This document shows positions 43,128 through 58,201 of a DNA stretch of 64,000 bases, piece after piece. The notes under the pieces were generated by a model. That model saw only the letters and a list, made by a program, of their open reading frames with translations. It was not told the origin of the DNA and did not search any database. Source of the DNA: Octopus vulgaris (lineage: Eukaryota). The stretch spans positions 7,502,001-7,566,000 of the forward strand of contig OX597833.1 of NCBI GenBank assembly GCA_951406725.2. Reading direction: 5' to 3'. The position numbers and the translations under genes are program-made. Within the stretch, counting starts at the first letter, position 1. Each line of letters opens with the position of its first letter.

Positions 43128-43496
43128 GTATGTATGTATATATGTATGTATGTATATATATATATATTTATACGCAGGTGCACATAAATAGGCACATATT
43201 TATTTATACGTGTATGGATGGATGTATGGGTGGATGGGTGTTCACACATACATATATATAGGCGCGGGTGTGGTTCTGAATCACATGGTTCTGGTCTCTC
43301 CTACAGTGTTGTATCTTGAGCAAGTGTCATTTACTCTTGCCTCGAACTGACCACAGCTTCTTGAATAGATTCGATAAACAGAAATTTCACTAAGCCGTCG
43401 GTCATGTATATATACATATATATACTATATATATATGTATACATATACTCTATATGTATATATATATATATATCGAAGGAGAGAGCGGGAGAGGGG

Positions 43497-43579
<83 letters not shown>

Positions 43580-43868
43580 TAAAGCAATAATGAAATTTCA
43601 AACGGTTTGGCATGACTTGAGAATGCCATTTAATTTAGATATATAATAAACAGGTTTGTATTCTTGCCAAATCGTTTTTTTTTTAATCGCTCATTTATAT
43701 TTACCGGCTCAAGACGAAGCCACTTCTAGCCGCTTTAGAAAGTAAGTCGCAAAATCCCTGCAGTTCAAACCGAAACTTTCCTGACATACCAATTTAGGGT
43801 GCATACCTGTTAGTATGAGTCACCCTGACAAAAAATCCTCGTATCCTTTACATACACACACACACACA

Positions 43869-43933
<65 letters not shown>

Positions 43934-44142
43934 TATTTATTTTATATATGAATTTAGTCGGCCTAAACGTCGGTGTTTAGCTGTTCAGCCACGACTGAAA
44001 GAGGAAGGTATGCAACAGACTTATATAAAATACACAAGAATGAAAATAAAAAGAAGAAAACTGCGAAGAAAGAAAAAGAAGGAAGAACGAAGCAGAGATG
44101 AAGAACTGTGAAACGTTTCTGTTAAGATATTTTATGCTTTCT

Positions 44143-44570
44143 TCCGCCGAGGTCGACTTTGGCTTTAATCCTTTCGGGGTCGATAAATTAAGTACCAGTT
44201 GCGTACAGGGGTCAATCCAATCGACTATACTTCACTCCTAAAATTTCGGGCCTTGTGCGTAGAGCAGAAAAGAATATTTTATGCTTTCTATGAAATAGAA
44301 TGTTTTTAGAAGTGGCGGTGAGATGGATAATGGAAAATGAATTGTAACTATATATTTAGTAGGAGTTTCAAGATCATTTTTGGAAAATAGACACTCTCTC
44401 GGAATTTGGAAGAAACAGTAACATCTTGAAAATAATGATGGTTTCAAATTTTGGCACAAAGCCAGGAATTATGGGGATGGGTGTAAATCGATTATGTCGA
44501 CCCCAGTACTCGACTGGTGCTTGTTTTATCGACCTCCGAAAGGAAGAAAGGCAGATCAACGTCGGCATTT
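44143..44570. mobile_element. Two opposed SINE-B fragments (44143-44276 +; 44436-44570 -)
   Basis: ccgccgaggtcgacttt...gtcgataaattaagtaccag, and the reverse-strand ggtttcaaattttggcacaaagcc...ttttatcgacc. Confidence 0.8.
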
Positions 44571-44883
44571 AATATATATTTGTCCCATGATAGCCGGGTC
44601 CTCGATTGAAGTGCTTAACGTGGATATCGCTTGAGTCTTTGAATCCAATTCTTATGTTTTACTCCTTCTCTCTCTCTCACACACACACACTCACACACAT
44701 TCACACTTGCACATACACATACGCACATGTACATACATATGCACACACATAAACACACTCGCGTGCAAATTTAAATGTGTGCATGTATGCATGTGTGTAT
44801 GTGCGACTATAAACATATATGTACGTGCATACATATATATATGTATGTATGTATGTATATATATATATGTGTATATATATATG

Positions 44884-44932
<49 letters not shown>

Positions 44933-45573
44933 ATATGTGTATATATTCAAATGTCCAGCCAATGTCAACGTCTCAATTGAAAATCTACTGCACCAATCTG
45001 TCAGTGTGTCACTCTGTCTGTCTGTCAGTCAGTCAGTCTCTCTCTCTCTCACTCTACCTTTCTCTCTCTGTCTCTCTCTCTTTCTTTCTTTCTCTCTCTC
45101 TCTCTCTCTGTCTCTCTATCTGTGAACTGTACCAGTCACAAACATATCTTTTCGATCTGACAATCTCGCGTGAATACAAACGAAGCGTCACGTTACTAAA
45201 TATCTCGACTTTAGATAAATACCAGCAGAATTCAATGAAGGTATTTCATAAAATGTAAGAAAAAAATATAGAAAAAATATTGTACATTGGATATCTCAAA
45301 CGGAGTGTATGTGTCAGTGTGTGTGTATACGTGTGCGTACAAAATCCGCACACATATATATTTACAATATATATATATTATATACATATATACTTTACAT
45401 ATATTCATATATACATATATATATCTGTATGTGTGTGTGTATAGCCCAAGGAAACAAATATAGATAAAATGGTAAAAATACCTGTTGATAGATGGAGAGG
45501 CAGAGATATAAATAGAGAGCTAGTCATATGTGTGTATGTGTGTATATATGAAGATATGTGTATACGTGTATCC

Positions 45574-45649
<76 letters not shown>

Positions 45650-45682
45650 TTATAGACATATATGTATGTATGTGTCCATGTA

Positions 45683-46598
45683 TGGGGTAGTATCAGAAAG
45701 TTCCCAGACTAGTCATGTTTAATAAAAAATAAAGTATTAACTCATTTACCTAAGTTTTAACATCATCACCTTCGAAATAGTCACCTTGTGCAGCAGCAAT
45801 ACACCGGTCCCTGAGTTCCTGCCACGAATACGGAATACGGAAGCCATTTTCCGTAAGCGAATCGAGGACCTTCTGCGATCAGCTCTTGATCTCGACAACA
45901 GGGTTAAAACGGTGACCTTTCATTTTGGAGGAAAAGATGGAAGTCCGCAGATGCTAAATCTGGCGAATAGGAAGGGTGCGGAAGCAATACTATGCTTTGT
46001 TGGCGGGAAACTCGCGAGTGAGGAAAGCTCGGTGACAGGATGCATTGTTGTGGTTGAATAATCCATTTCCTTGCGCTCCACAAATCTGGTCCTTTTTGCC
46101 GAATATCCTCCCTTAAACGCTCCAGAAGGTCGTTGATTGTCCTCCGACGATCCTCATGCACAAGGTGAGAAATTTTCTCCACATTCCTGGGGGGTGACGC
46201 TCGAAGCAGGTCTTCCAGATCGATTATCGTCTTCCAGGGACGTTCTTCTGCTTTTGAAGCGCCTGTGCCACTCGAAGCGTTGCGTACGACCCACTGCCTC
46301 GTCGCTGTAATCTTGCCGAAGCATGGTCAATGTCTTTATAGCAGACTTTATAGGTTTAACACAAAATTTCGTATTGGCTCTTTGTTCCGACTTCCTGTTC
46401 AGAATAAAAAATCGCAGACCGTAACATACACGTGATTACAAAAGCTGAAAGTCCATAACTTGCAAAGTAAACACAGCGATGAAACTCGGCACACTGCCCT
46501 ACGAAAGTTACTGGTAGCTCTCACTGCGCATGCAACTGTGTACTGCCATCTGTTGGCGCGTTACAGAACGATTCCGGGATCCTTTTGATACTACCTCG
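45683..46598 (-). mobile_element. Internally deleted mariner with TA target duplication
   Basis: TA|tggggtagtatcagaaagttccc ... gggatccttttgatactacctcg|TA; EDRRRTIND fused directly to LLERLREDIRQK; HPSYSPDLASADFHLF motif. Confidence 0.88.
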
Positions 46599-46613
46599 TA
46601 TATATATATGTAT

Positions 46614-46712
<99 letters not shown>

Positions 46713-46740
46713 ATATATATGTATATGTATATATACATAC

Positions 46741-46778
<38 letters not shown>

Positions 46779-47227
46779 ATGTATATATATATATACAGAT
46801 ATATATATATATTAGAGAAACCATAAACCTCTGGCTCATTGCTTTATCAACAACGCCATACAGATCTACCGTTGGAGAGTTCAGGTTATTAACGTCTAAC
46901 GTCTAATCCAGGGAACAAGAGTTTCTTTTATTAGATTCATTGAATCAAAGTGTTGAAATAGTTTTGTCTTTTTTTAAGAACATACCATGTATCATTGTTG
47001 CAAGAGGAAAATGTTTGTATGACGCTATAATGTTCATGTTTTCCTAAATATGGTTAACAATGTAGGTTATGTTATTCTTCTCGCATTTATCAACGAGTAC
47101 GATGAAGTGACTCCGAACTCTACTCATCATTTCGTACAACAGCCAGTCATTTACCATTGATTATACTCTCGTCTGACAGTAACCACATCAGCGTAACCTT
47201 GCATAGATCAACGAGCTTCAGGTCTAC

Positions 47228-48657
47228 AATTTGAAAACCTATCTCGTTCAACATACATCAGGAAACTTTTCTCTTTATTTTACTTCTTCTATAATTTGAC
47301 AAGGAGCTTCTTGCACAAAATATAAAAGCTATTTCTTTTCATAACACCCGAGGTTAAAAATCAATCTTAATAACAACTCAACACAGTTACATGATTTTAT
47401 ATGAAGGGATGTATGCATGTATGTATGTATGTATGTATGTATGTATGTATGTATGTATGTATGTATGTATGTATGTATGTATGTATGTGTATATGTATGT
47501 GAGTGTATATAAATTTGAAAGCCTATCTCGTTCAACATACATCAGGAAACTTTTCTGTTTATTTTACTTCTTCTATAAATTGACAAGGAGCTTCTTGCAC
47601 GAAATATAAAAGCTATTTCTTTTCATAATAACCTAGGTTAAAAATCAATCTTAATAACAACTCAACACAGTTACATGATTTTATATGAAGGGATGTATGC
47701 ATGCAGGTATGTATGTATGTATGTATGTATGTATGTATGTATGTATGTATGTATGTATGTATGTATGTATGTATGCATGTATGTATATGTATGTGAGTGT
47801 ATATAAATTTGAAAGCCTATCTCGTTCAACATACATCAGGAAACTTTTCTGTTTATTTTACTTCTTCTATAAATTGACAAGGAGCTTCTTGCACGAAATA
47901 TAAAAGCTATTTCTTTTCATAATAACCTAGGTTAAAAATTAATCTTAATAACAACTCAACACAGTTACATGATTTTATATGAAGGGATGTATGCATGCAG
48001 GTATGTATGTATGTATGTATGTATGTATGTATGTATGTATGTATGTATGTATGTATGTATATGTATGTGAGTGTATATAAATTTGAAAGCCTATCTCGTT
48101 CAACATACATCAGGAAACTTTTCTGTTTATTTTACTTCTTCTATAAATTGACAAGGAGCTTCTTGCACGAAATATAAAAGCTATTTCTTTTCATAATAAC
48201 CTAGGTTAAAAATTAATCTTAATAACAGCTCAACACAGTTACATGATTTTATATGAAGGGATGTATGCATGCAGGTATGTATGTATGTATGTATGTATGT
48301 ATGTATGTATGTATGTATGTATGTATGTATGTATGTATGTATGTATGTATATGTATGTGAGTGTATATAAATTTGAAAGCCTATCTCGTTCAACATACAT
48401 CAGGAAACTTTTCTGTTTATTTTACTTCTTCTATAAATTGACAAGGAGCTTCTTGCACGAAATATAAAAGCTATTTCTTTTCATAATAACCTAGGTCAAA
48501 AATTAATCTTAATAACAGCTCAACACAGTTACATGATTTTATATGAAGGGATGTATGCATGCAGGTATGTATGTATGTATGTATGTATGTATGTATGTAT
48601 GTATGTATGTATGTATGTATGTATGTATGTATGTATATGTATGTGAGTGTATATAAA
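47228..48657. repeat. Five-copy tandem repeat, ~285-bp unit containing a variable (TATG)n
   Basis: Units start at about 47228, 47512, 47806, 48080 and 48370; the ~190-bp unique part is nearly identical between units. Confidence 0.95.
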
Positions 48658-48829
48658 TGTTTGAATGAATTTTATGTGTAAGTGCGCTTATGCAACAATT
48701 TGTGTGACAATCAATAACTGAAATGAAAAGAGATGATAGTGAACCGTTCGTTCAGTAGACGGAATTCATACACACATACGAAGATATTAAACTAAAATAT
48801 ATGTATGTGGTGTATGTGCGTATGCACGC

Positions 48830-48895
<66 letters not shown>

Positions 48896-49171
48896 ATATA
48901 TATATTATATATATAATATATATATACACACTCACACACACATACACATATATATGTACGTAGGTGCTTGTGTGTGTGTGTGTGTGTGTGTATGTATATG
49001 TATGTATATTACACATCAGAAGTTTTAAATACAGGCAGAAAACTGAAACACACCTACACACGACCCAAACACATACATGCATGTGTATGTGCATATATAT
49101 ATATGTATGTATGTGTAAGTATATATATGTAGGTATATATATGTAGGTATATATATATATATATATAATAC

Positions 49172-49236
49172 TTTAATTGTTCCACGTCCTCGCGTTGCTG
49201 TGTTTTTTTCTGTGTTTTCTTGTTTGGATTAACTAT
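49172..49236 (+). mobile_element. Short second copy of the PLE-like end at 2055-2113
   Basis: ttgttccacgtcctcgcgttg...cttgtttggattaact, between (TA)n tracts. Confidence 0.65.
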
Positions 49237-49337
49237 GTATATATATATATGTATATATATATGTATATATATATATATACATACACACACAAAACGACAC
49301 ATAATCATAGATACGTGTGCGTGTGAGCATATAAAAA

Positions 49338-49388
<51 letters not shown>

Positions 49389-49465
49389 AAACGACACATA
49401 CGCATAGATACATATACATGTGTGCTTATGTATTACAGGGGTGCATAAGGGAGAGAGACAGTCAT

Positions 49466-49558
<93 letters not shown>

Positions 49559-49853
49559 GAGAAATATAGAAGGTGAGAAAGCGAGAGAGAGGGAGAGAGA
49601 GAGAGAGAGAGATTCAAAGGCCTCGTTTATCTTCCAATTGTCATTATTGACAGAGACTTAACCTGATTTCTAAGAAATTACTTGTAATTCTATTGCTTTG
49701 GAGTTTGGTAAGGAAGCAGAGCTTCTTTGATGTTGAACTCTTGGAGAGGTGAAAGGTCACCTTTCTGATAGGATTCTATGTCCTTCTGTCTGTGTGTCTG
49801 TGTGCTTCTGTAAACAATCGGAGATATTAAAGACAATTTTCACGCACATAATC

Positions 49854-49884
<31 letters not shown>

Positions 49885-49917
49885 ATACACACACACATAC
49901 ATACATGTGTGTGAGTG

Positions 49918-49966
<49 letters not shown>

Positions 49967-50037
49967 ATGTATATATGTATATATATATATATACACATAC
50001 ACACACATATATATATACATACATACATACATATATA

Positions 50038-50073
<36 letters not shown>

Positions 50074-50095
50074 TGTATGTATGTATGTATGTATG

Positions 50096-50126
<31 letters not shown>

Positions 50127-50204
50127 AGAGAGGGATTTGTTGTATGCAATATACACTGATAATCTACTTACACACGTGCATTACAAAGTTATATATATGT
50201 ATGC

Positions 50205-50260
<56 letters not shown>

Positions 50261-50326
50261 GTATACATGTTTATATATATATATATCGATATGTGTGTGC
50301 GTGTGTGCCTGTATGTATTTATGCAT

Positions 50327-50357
<31 letters not shown>

Positions 50358-50566
50358 CATATGCATATATGCATATGTATAAATATATATATAGAAATTT
50401 ATATATATATACACACGCACACATCTTTGTGTGAGGTTGGGTAATGTTGTGTGATCGGGGATGGGTGTCGGGCGTGGGTTCTTCGTCTTCGTAATAGATG
50501 AGACTTACCAAAGTTGAAACAATCTCTCCACCATACACACACACACACACGAGTACAATGTGTGTG

Positions 50567-50611
<45 letters not shown>

Positions 50612-51176
50612 GAAGGACATAAACCAGAAACATAGACTTAATTATTGGTGGGGAAGGAAAGAAGGAAAGAAAGAAACAGAGATATAGGGGGAGAGAAGAG
50701 GGACAAAAGAAAGGAGAGAGGGAGGGAGAGAGACAAGCAGAAAGAGAGAGAGAGCGAAGCTGAGAAAGAGAGAGAGAGAGAGAGAGATTATCTCGTTGGG
50801 TGACATGTAGAGACGGAAGGAAACTGTGAGCACGAAGATGAAGGCGTTAGAAAAAGAGAGAGATAGAGAGTGGTAAGAGGAGAGAGAAGGAATGATTGAG
50901 AGAGAGAGAGGGGGGATAGAGGGCGAGGGAGGAAAGAGAGAAGCAAAGACAGGAATAGAGAGAGAGAGGGAGAGGGAGAGGTGTCGGTTTGAAACTGTAT
51001 GATGGAAATTGGGAGGTGAAAGTCTTGGCCAACATCGCATTGTTTATATCGACATTTCGCTAACTTCTGAGTAATCTGATAACTACTGTTGCCATGTCAT
51101 TTCATTTGTGTTTGCCAGTCTGTCTTTCTACCTCTCTCTCTCTCTTTCTCTATATAAACATGTGTGAGTATATATA

Positions 51177-51230
<54 letters not shown>

Positions 51231-51231
<1 letters not shown>

Positions 51232-51396
51232 ACCAGAGTAAGCACATAAATGCGAAACAAGGTGGAAAAAATAGTACTCAAATACCAGAGTTAGAGTAAT
51301 ATACTTTCTTAAAAAGCAGCAGGAATATCCCAAAAACTGTTACTCAAAGTTTCACGCTTCCGTTCGTCGGACAGTTTTGTTTGGAAAAACTGTCCA
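51231..51396 (-). mobile_element. PLE-like terminal fragment with a complete C4-variant hammerhead (51333-51378)
   Basis: Homologous to 13306-13420; reverse strand aaaactgt CCGACGA acg-gaag-cgt GAAA ctttgag T A acagtttt (8-bp stem I); short inverted end ggacagtttt/aaaactgtcc. Confidence 0.65.
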
Positions 51397-51399
51397 TTT

Positions 51400-51611
51400 C
51401 CCCAATTTTCAGGCCTTGAATCTATAACAGAAAAGAATATTAAATATTAGTTTTGAAGCGAGATGGCAGAATCGTTTGTGCGGCGGACAAAATGCTTAGC
51501 ATTATTTCTTCTGGTTTTACGCTTAGAGTTCTAATTTCACCGATAATACCAGTTGAGTACTAAGTCTCCCACCCCTAAAATTTCTGGCCTTCTTCCTATA
51601 GAAGAAAGGAC

Positions 51612-51662
<51 letters not shown>

Positions 51663-51835
51663 GATAAAGTAGCGAGCTGGTAGAATCTTTACATCCTGAG
51701 TTCAAATCGCACCGAGGTCGATTTTGTCTTTGGGCCCTTCGGAATCGATAAAATACTGTACTAGTCAAGTACTGAGATCGATGCATTCAACTTGCCCCTT
51801 CTCTGAAATAATGGTCTTTGTGCCAAAATTTGTAA
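51400..51835 (+). mobile_element. Cluster of degraded SINE-B copies around (ATT)n
   Basis: gatggcagaatcgtt and gcgagctggtagaatc heads; gagttcaaatcgcaccgaggtcga. Confidence 0.65.
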
Positions 51836-52900
51836 CTGTAATTAAATACCCCTATCGATAGTGATTGTGACGGGTGGCTGAAACGGGTAGCGGTGACGGG
51901 TTGAAGTGATGTGTAACGATGACAGAGTTTAAAAGAAAAAAAAAAGGTTCTGTTTTCATCGTTGTCTGGTTTTCTTCAAACTGTCATCGTGTCCATAAAA
52001 CGGTGGGACCAGGGACCCTCTTATCAGGGAACAACCTGGGTGGTCTCTACCAACATAACGCCACTCACCTCTTGGCAATTTCCGATTCTTTCTAAACCAA
52101 AGAATATTCCATCAGTCAATAAGTTGTATTTTTTTAATGCTCCTTAGCGTAAAAGTAATTTCCCGGTTAGTCATCTCCGTGATTCGGTTTCAATTCCCTT
52201 AAAAATTTTATATACATCACTAATATGATTAGAGAAGGCATTAATGTCGCAACTCCACCATTCTACTCTTACAGTAGAAATGGAACTTTTTCTTTTGTGT
52301 CAAAAGGACCGTAGAAAAAAAAAATGGAAACTCGTTATCAGAACCAGTATCGCTCTAGTTTCAATGTTTTACACAATTTTTTTTTCGTCGGTCAGCGATC
52401 TGACAGAATCGTTACTGTACCGGACAAAACGCTTTGCGCATTTCTTCCGGTTATTTACCGGGATGAAAACAAGTTTAAATACCACTAACGTTGAATTATA
52501 ATATGTCAATTTCGATCAAAAAAATGCATAGCGAAAATATTTTCGTTGCTTTGTCCGCAGTGTTCATTGCAATAACATATATGTTCAATATTATGAAGTA
52601 AATTAACCGAATAGTTTGCTAGTTAAAAGTAATATACAGATGCAAATAAAACTAAGATTAAATTTAAAATTATATATAGAAATATATATAACAATAGAGA
52701 CGTGTCAAAAACTACTTCACCAAAACAAGTTTTGACTAACACAACATCCTAACAGCAAAGGGACTAAATAATTGACCATTAATTAAACGGTCAACAAGTC
52801 TATGACCCGGGGACAACAACAAAACTGCACTTAAATGATAGAACAAACATTTGGAGTTTAAATCAACACACACACACACGTGTGTGTCTCTGTGTGTGTG

Positions 52901-52967
<67 letters not shown>

Positions 52968-53328
52968 GCACTTAAAGTATACAACTTAGGAGTGTTAGTT
53001 CTGTGAAGCTCTTGAACCTGTGTATATAAACAGATTAGCAATTTCTTTGTTAAGTGATGTACACATCTGATTAAAACCCAATAACGTTCGAAAATCGATT
53101 AAGGATGGTTGTCATTTTTTTTCAGTCCACAGAGTAAATATTTAAATTTGACGTTTGTATGTCTTAGAGTGAAACTGTAATGACTTTTAACCGATAACTG
53201 ATGAGGGACAAGCATATGCACACGTCTTGTGGGTATGCTCCTATGTCCTCCTCCTCGTATACAATTCTTTTACTTATATATATATACACATACATATATA
53301 TATACACACACACACACATATATATATA

Positions 53329-53709
53329 TCTTTTACTTGTTCCAGTCATTTGACTGCGGCCATCCTGGAGCACCGCCTTTAATCGAGCAACTCAACCCCG
53401 GGACTTATTCTTTTGTAAGCCCAGTACTTATTCTATCGGTCTCTTTTGCCGAACCGCTAAGTAACGGGGACATAAACACACCAGCATCGGTTGTCAAGCA
53501 ATGCTAGGGGACAAACACAGACACACAAACACACACACGCATATACATATATATGACGGGCTTCTTTCAGTTTCCGTCTACCAAATCCACTCACAAGGCT
53601 TTGGTCGGCCCGAGGCTATAGTAGAAGACACTTGCCCAAGGTGCCACGCAGTGGGACTGAACCCGGAACCATGTGGTTGGTAGAGAAGCTGCTTACCACA
53701 CAGCCACTC
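53329..53709 (-). mobile_element. SINE family A, full length
   Basis: Near-identical to 8244-8644. Confidence 0.92.
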
Positions 53710-54067
53710 GTGTGTATATTTGTATGTATGCATGTATGTATGTATATAGTATATAAACAAGGTGGTAATAACTCAATACCGGCGTTGTAGATATCCTTTC
53801 ATCGTTTTTATTGGTAGATACTTACAAAAGTGACTCAAAAGGCTGAGAATTTCGTTCATGGCACTTATCATACTTATACCTATGAGTCTCTCGGTGTGTG
53901 TATGTGTAAGGCTGTGTGTATGTGAATGTGTGTGCATGTGTGTATGCATGCATGTGTGTATGTGTGCATGTGCGTGTGTTCATGTATGTATATCACCTTT
54001 ACCGTCCGCATCACTTGCCATTACCAATGTGATGAGTAACACCTCCAATCTATAATAAACACTACCA

Positions 54068-54335
<268 letters not shown>

Positions 54336-54635
54336 TCTAGAGAAAGAAAGCGGAACCTTTCATCTATCAATGTCATCACGGTGAGGTTTGAAACTGACCA
54401 AACTAGGTGTGATGATGATGATGATGATGACGGCGATATCTGTATCGTGCTGACAGAATGGAGGAGTGGCGGGGGTGGAGCCGACAAGATAACTGACCAG
54501 CATGGGTGGTAAACAACAACAACAACAGTCAGACTCCCTTAACTTCATTTCCAGACCCTTAGTGTTTTTGTTGTTGTTGTGGCTGTTGTTTTTTTATGTT
54601 GATGTTGTTATTATTCCAAGTGTTTTAAATATCAC

Positions 54636-54695
<60 letters not shown>

Positions 54696-54752
54696 CACTG
54701 CTGTTAATGTAGCAGGTGTTATTAATGATAATGACGATGGTGATGCTGCTAC

Positions 54753-54784
<32 letters not shown>

Positions 54785-55432
54785 ATGTGTATGGTGATGA
54801 TTGTACCTATGGTTTGAGGATAATTTTAGCTGTTATTTCTAGCAGGTTGTGTGATCACTGAGGCGTATTATGGTTTAACAGTTATCTGGATTAATCTCAG
54901 AGGTGTAGGTCATATTTTTACAGTCAGAATGTTTTAATGGAATATATTGGCGAGTGGAAACTGCACACTTTCGGACGTGGCTAAGTCAACCTTGGCCCCT
55001 CATTGTGTACTAATATAGTTTAAAATGTAACGAATCTATACGATGTTAGAAACAACAGTCAAATACCATTTTATTGTATTAAAAAGGGGACAAAAGATAC
55101 ATTTGATAATGTAGTGACGAATACACTGAAAAAGAAGGCAGGACTGCCACGGCTGGTAGACTTTAGGTCAGCTTAGTCAGGTCTGGCCTAAGGCTAAACA
55201 ACAATAAACAATAATTTCACAAGCAAATGAGAGTTAGGGTCCACGTGACCGTTCAAGCTGCTAGAAATCGCCCTCAAATTACAACATACGGTTTTAAATA
55301 TAGTACACTATGGATGGTGTAGTCCTAGATATACTGTGGCTAAAATCAGGCAAGATGGTCAAGGCTGAAACATATACGCACATACATACATACATACATA
55401 CATACATACATACATACATACATACATACACA

Positions 55433-55498
<66 letters not shown>

Positions 55499-55872
55499 CA
55501 TAAACACAGATTCACGCATATACCTATGCACACACACACACATATATATATATGCACACACACATACATACATAACACACATACACAAACATACATACAC
55601 ACATACATACACACATACATAACACACACACATACATACATACATACATACATACATACACACACACATACACGTGGCCGCACAAGATCAAAGGATACTC
55701 CTACTGGTGATAGTATAACTTGAAACAAACAAAATTACATTACAACACCACCACCACCACATACACCACCACCACCACACACATACATACATACATACCA
55801 CCATACATACACACATACATATATATATATACATACACACACACATACATAACACACACACACACGTACATA

Positions 55873-56040
55873 CCACCACCACCACCACCACCACCACCAC
55901 CACCACCACCACCACCACCACCACCACCACCACCACCACCACCACCACCACCACCACCACCACCACCACCACCACCACCACCACCACCACCACCACCACC
56001 ACCACCACCACCACCACCATCACCACCACCGCCACCACCA
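55873..56040. repeat. (CCA)n microsatellite
   Basis: Read directly. Confidence 0.97.
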
Positions 56041-56534
56041 GGATCATCATTATCATTAATGTCTTTTATCATCACCTCCACCACCGTCATCGCCCCCACC
56101 ACCTCATCACCATTACCTTCATCACCACTATCTTGCTCTTCTTTCTCTTCCCTCGCCCTCCTCCTCCTCCTCCTCCTCCTCCTCATTATCATCATCATCA
56201 TCAACAACAACAACGACTATAATTACAACAACTACAACCACAAAAGCTACGCTAACAGATGTAAAACTGTTTGATGGCCGATGATCGGGGTAGGATGTAA
56301 TACGGGTGCACGGCACATGCGCAGTGTGTGTGTTTGATGTGGGGGTGGGTCGGCTAGAGGCAGGTGTCAGGAATTAATGATTTGGTCAGCTGAATTGGAA
56401 AAAATGAGGGGGTGTTGGTCGTGGGTATCATCCGGGTAGGACCACCCGCCACGCCGTTTCATTCACTCTCTGTACCACACACTCTGTCTTACATTCTTGT
56501 ATCCGTCTGCTATTAACATTTCGGGTGCATCATC

Positions 56535-57370
56535 GGTTGGCAGATTCGTTAGAGTTTCCGTTAAAAATGCTTCGGGGTACTTTTAAAATTTTTAATGTTT
56601 TGAGTTCAAATCCTACTACGTTCACGTTTGTCTTTCATCTCTCTGGGATCCATAAAATAATGTACCAGTCATGTACGGGGGTCACTGGATTCAACTAGTC
56701 TCTGCCCGCCCCCACACAAATTTCTGGCCTCGTGCGTTTATTAGAAACAATTCTAATAGGACAATCGGGAGGTGGATTGGCAGAGTCGTTTGCGCATCGA
56801 CCAAATTGTCTAGTAGTATTTCCACCGGTTCTTTACGTTCTGAGTTCAAATATCACCGAGGTCAACACTGCATATCATCTTCCCCCCACCCTGGTCGAGG
56901 AAACAGAAGACCTGTCAAGTCCTGTGATCGATGGTATTCACTAGTAAACCTTGTACCTAGATGAGTTTCAAATTATGGCACAAGGCCAACAATTTGTGGG
57001 GAGAGGGTAAGTCGTTTGCATCGGCCCCGAAGGGAGGAAAGACAAAGTCGACCTCGGCGGAATTTGAACTCAGATCGTAAAGACGGATGAAATGCCGCTT
57101 AGCATTTCGTCCGGCATGCGACCGATTCTACCAACTCGCCGCCTTCAACCTTGTGTCCATATTAGGAAGAATTAGGCATCGACTTGGGAGAAACGTTAGC
57201 GCGTCGAACAAAGTCCTTAGCGGCATTTCTTCGGTCTTTCCACGTTCTGCGTTCAAATTCCGCCTTTGTCAACTTCCTTATTGATTCTCCTCGATAAAAT
57301 AAATACCAGTTGCACTCTAGGGTCGATCTAATCTCCTTTTAATGTCGCTGGCCTTGTGCCAAAACCTGAT
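56535..57370. mobile_element. Cluster of four degraded SINE-B copies (three +, one - at ~56962-57143)
   Basis: Repeated tggcaga..cgtt heads and gagttcaaat B-boxes; reverse copy aaagtcgacctcggcggaatttgaactcag. Confidence 0.7.
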
Positions 57371-57637
57371 CCCATTGTTGTTGTTGTTGCTCCTGGGTGT
57401 CCCCTTTCTGTGAATGCTTCCCTTCTTCATTACAAGACATTCCATGTTTCGCTGGACATAAAAACATATTTTTATTGGAGATTTTATTGAGTGAAGACAA
57501 CGATTTCTCTCTTTGACTCTAAACCCACGTAAAGAAGAAGGCGGGAGGTCAAGAAGATTGCTGTCCCTCAGCAAATTTTCTCCAGTGATGATGGGAGTGA
57601 GAGTGGTGAGTTTAACTTAACTGAGTAAGTTGTATCA

Positions 57638-57676
<39 letters not shown>

Positions 57677-57824
57677 GACAGAAATTGTGGGTATACCATG
57701 TGCGTGGCTCTAGTAAAATCAGAGAAATGCTGATGGTGTTGTGTGTAAGGAGAGTCATTATACCATTATGACCAGATATAAAAACGAAATCTGGTAATAG
57801 TGCCTTTGTGTTGTCAATATTTTA

Positions 57825-58201
57825 GCGGTGAGCTGGCAGAAACGTTAGCACGCCGGGTTCGTCTGCTGTTACGTTCTGAGTTCAATTCCGCCGAGGTCGA
57901 CTTTGCCTTTCATCCTTTCGGGGTCGGTAAATTAAGTACCAGTTACGCACTGGGGTCGATGTAATCGACTTAATCCGTTTGTCTGTTCTTGTTTGTCCTC
58001 TCTTTGTTTAGCCCCTTGTGGGTAGTAAAGAAATAGGTATTCTGTCTGCCGTTACGTTTTGAGTTCAAATTCCGCCGAGGTCGACTTTGCCTTTCATCCT
58101 TTCGGGGTCGATAGATTAAGTAACAGTTGCGTACTGGGGTCGATCTAATCGACTAGCCCCTTCCCCCAAAATTTCGGGCCTTGTGTCTAGAGTAGAAAAG
58201 A
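57825..58201 (+). mobile_element. SINE family B dimer (tail ii, then a headless body with tail i)
   Basis: The block gttacgtt.tgagttca..ttccgccgaggtcgactttgcctttcatcctttcggggtcg occurs twice. Confidence 0.9.

Noticed and set aside
47228-48657. CRISPR-like repeat/spacer appearance
   Set aside because: Repeats are ~190 bp, the 'spacers' are (TATG)n, the context is eukaryotic and there are no cas genes.
53194-53230. CTGATGA hammerhead half-core
   Set aside because: No GAAA or stem III follows stem II; similar partial matches at ~27232 and ~53850 are also too incomplete.
55720-56274. Poly-Pro formin/extensin-like ORF
   Set aside because: Pure (CCA)n bordered by other microsatellites.
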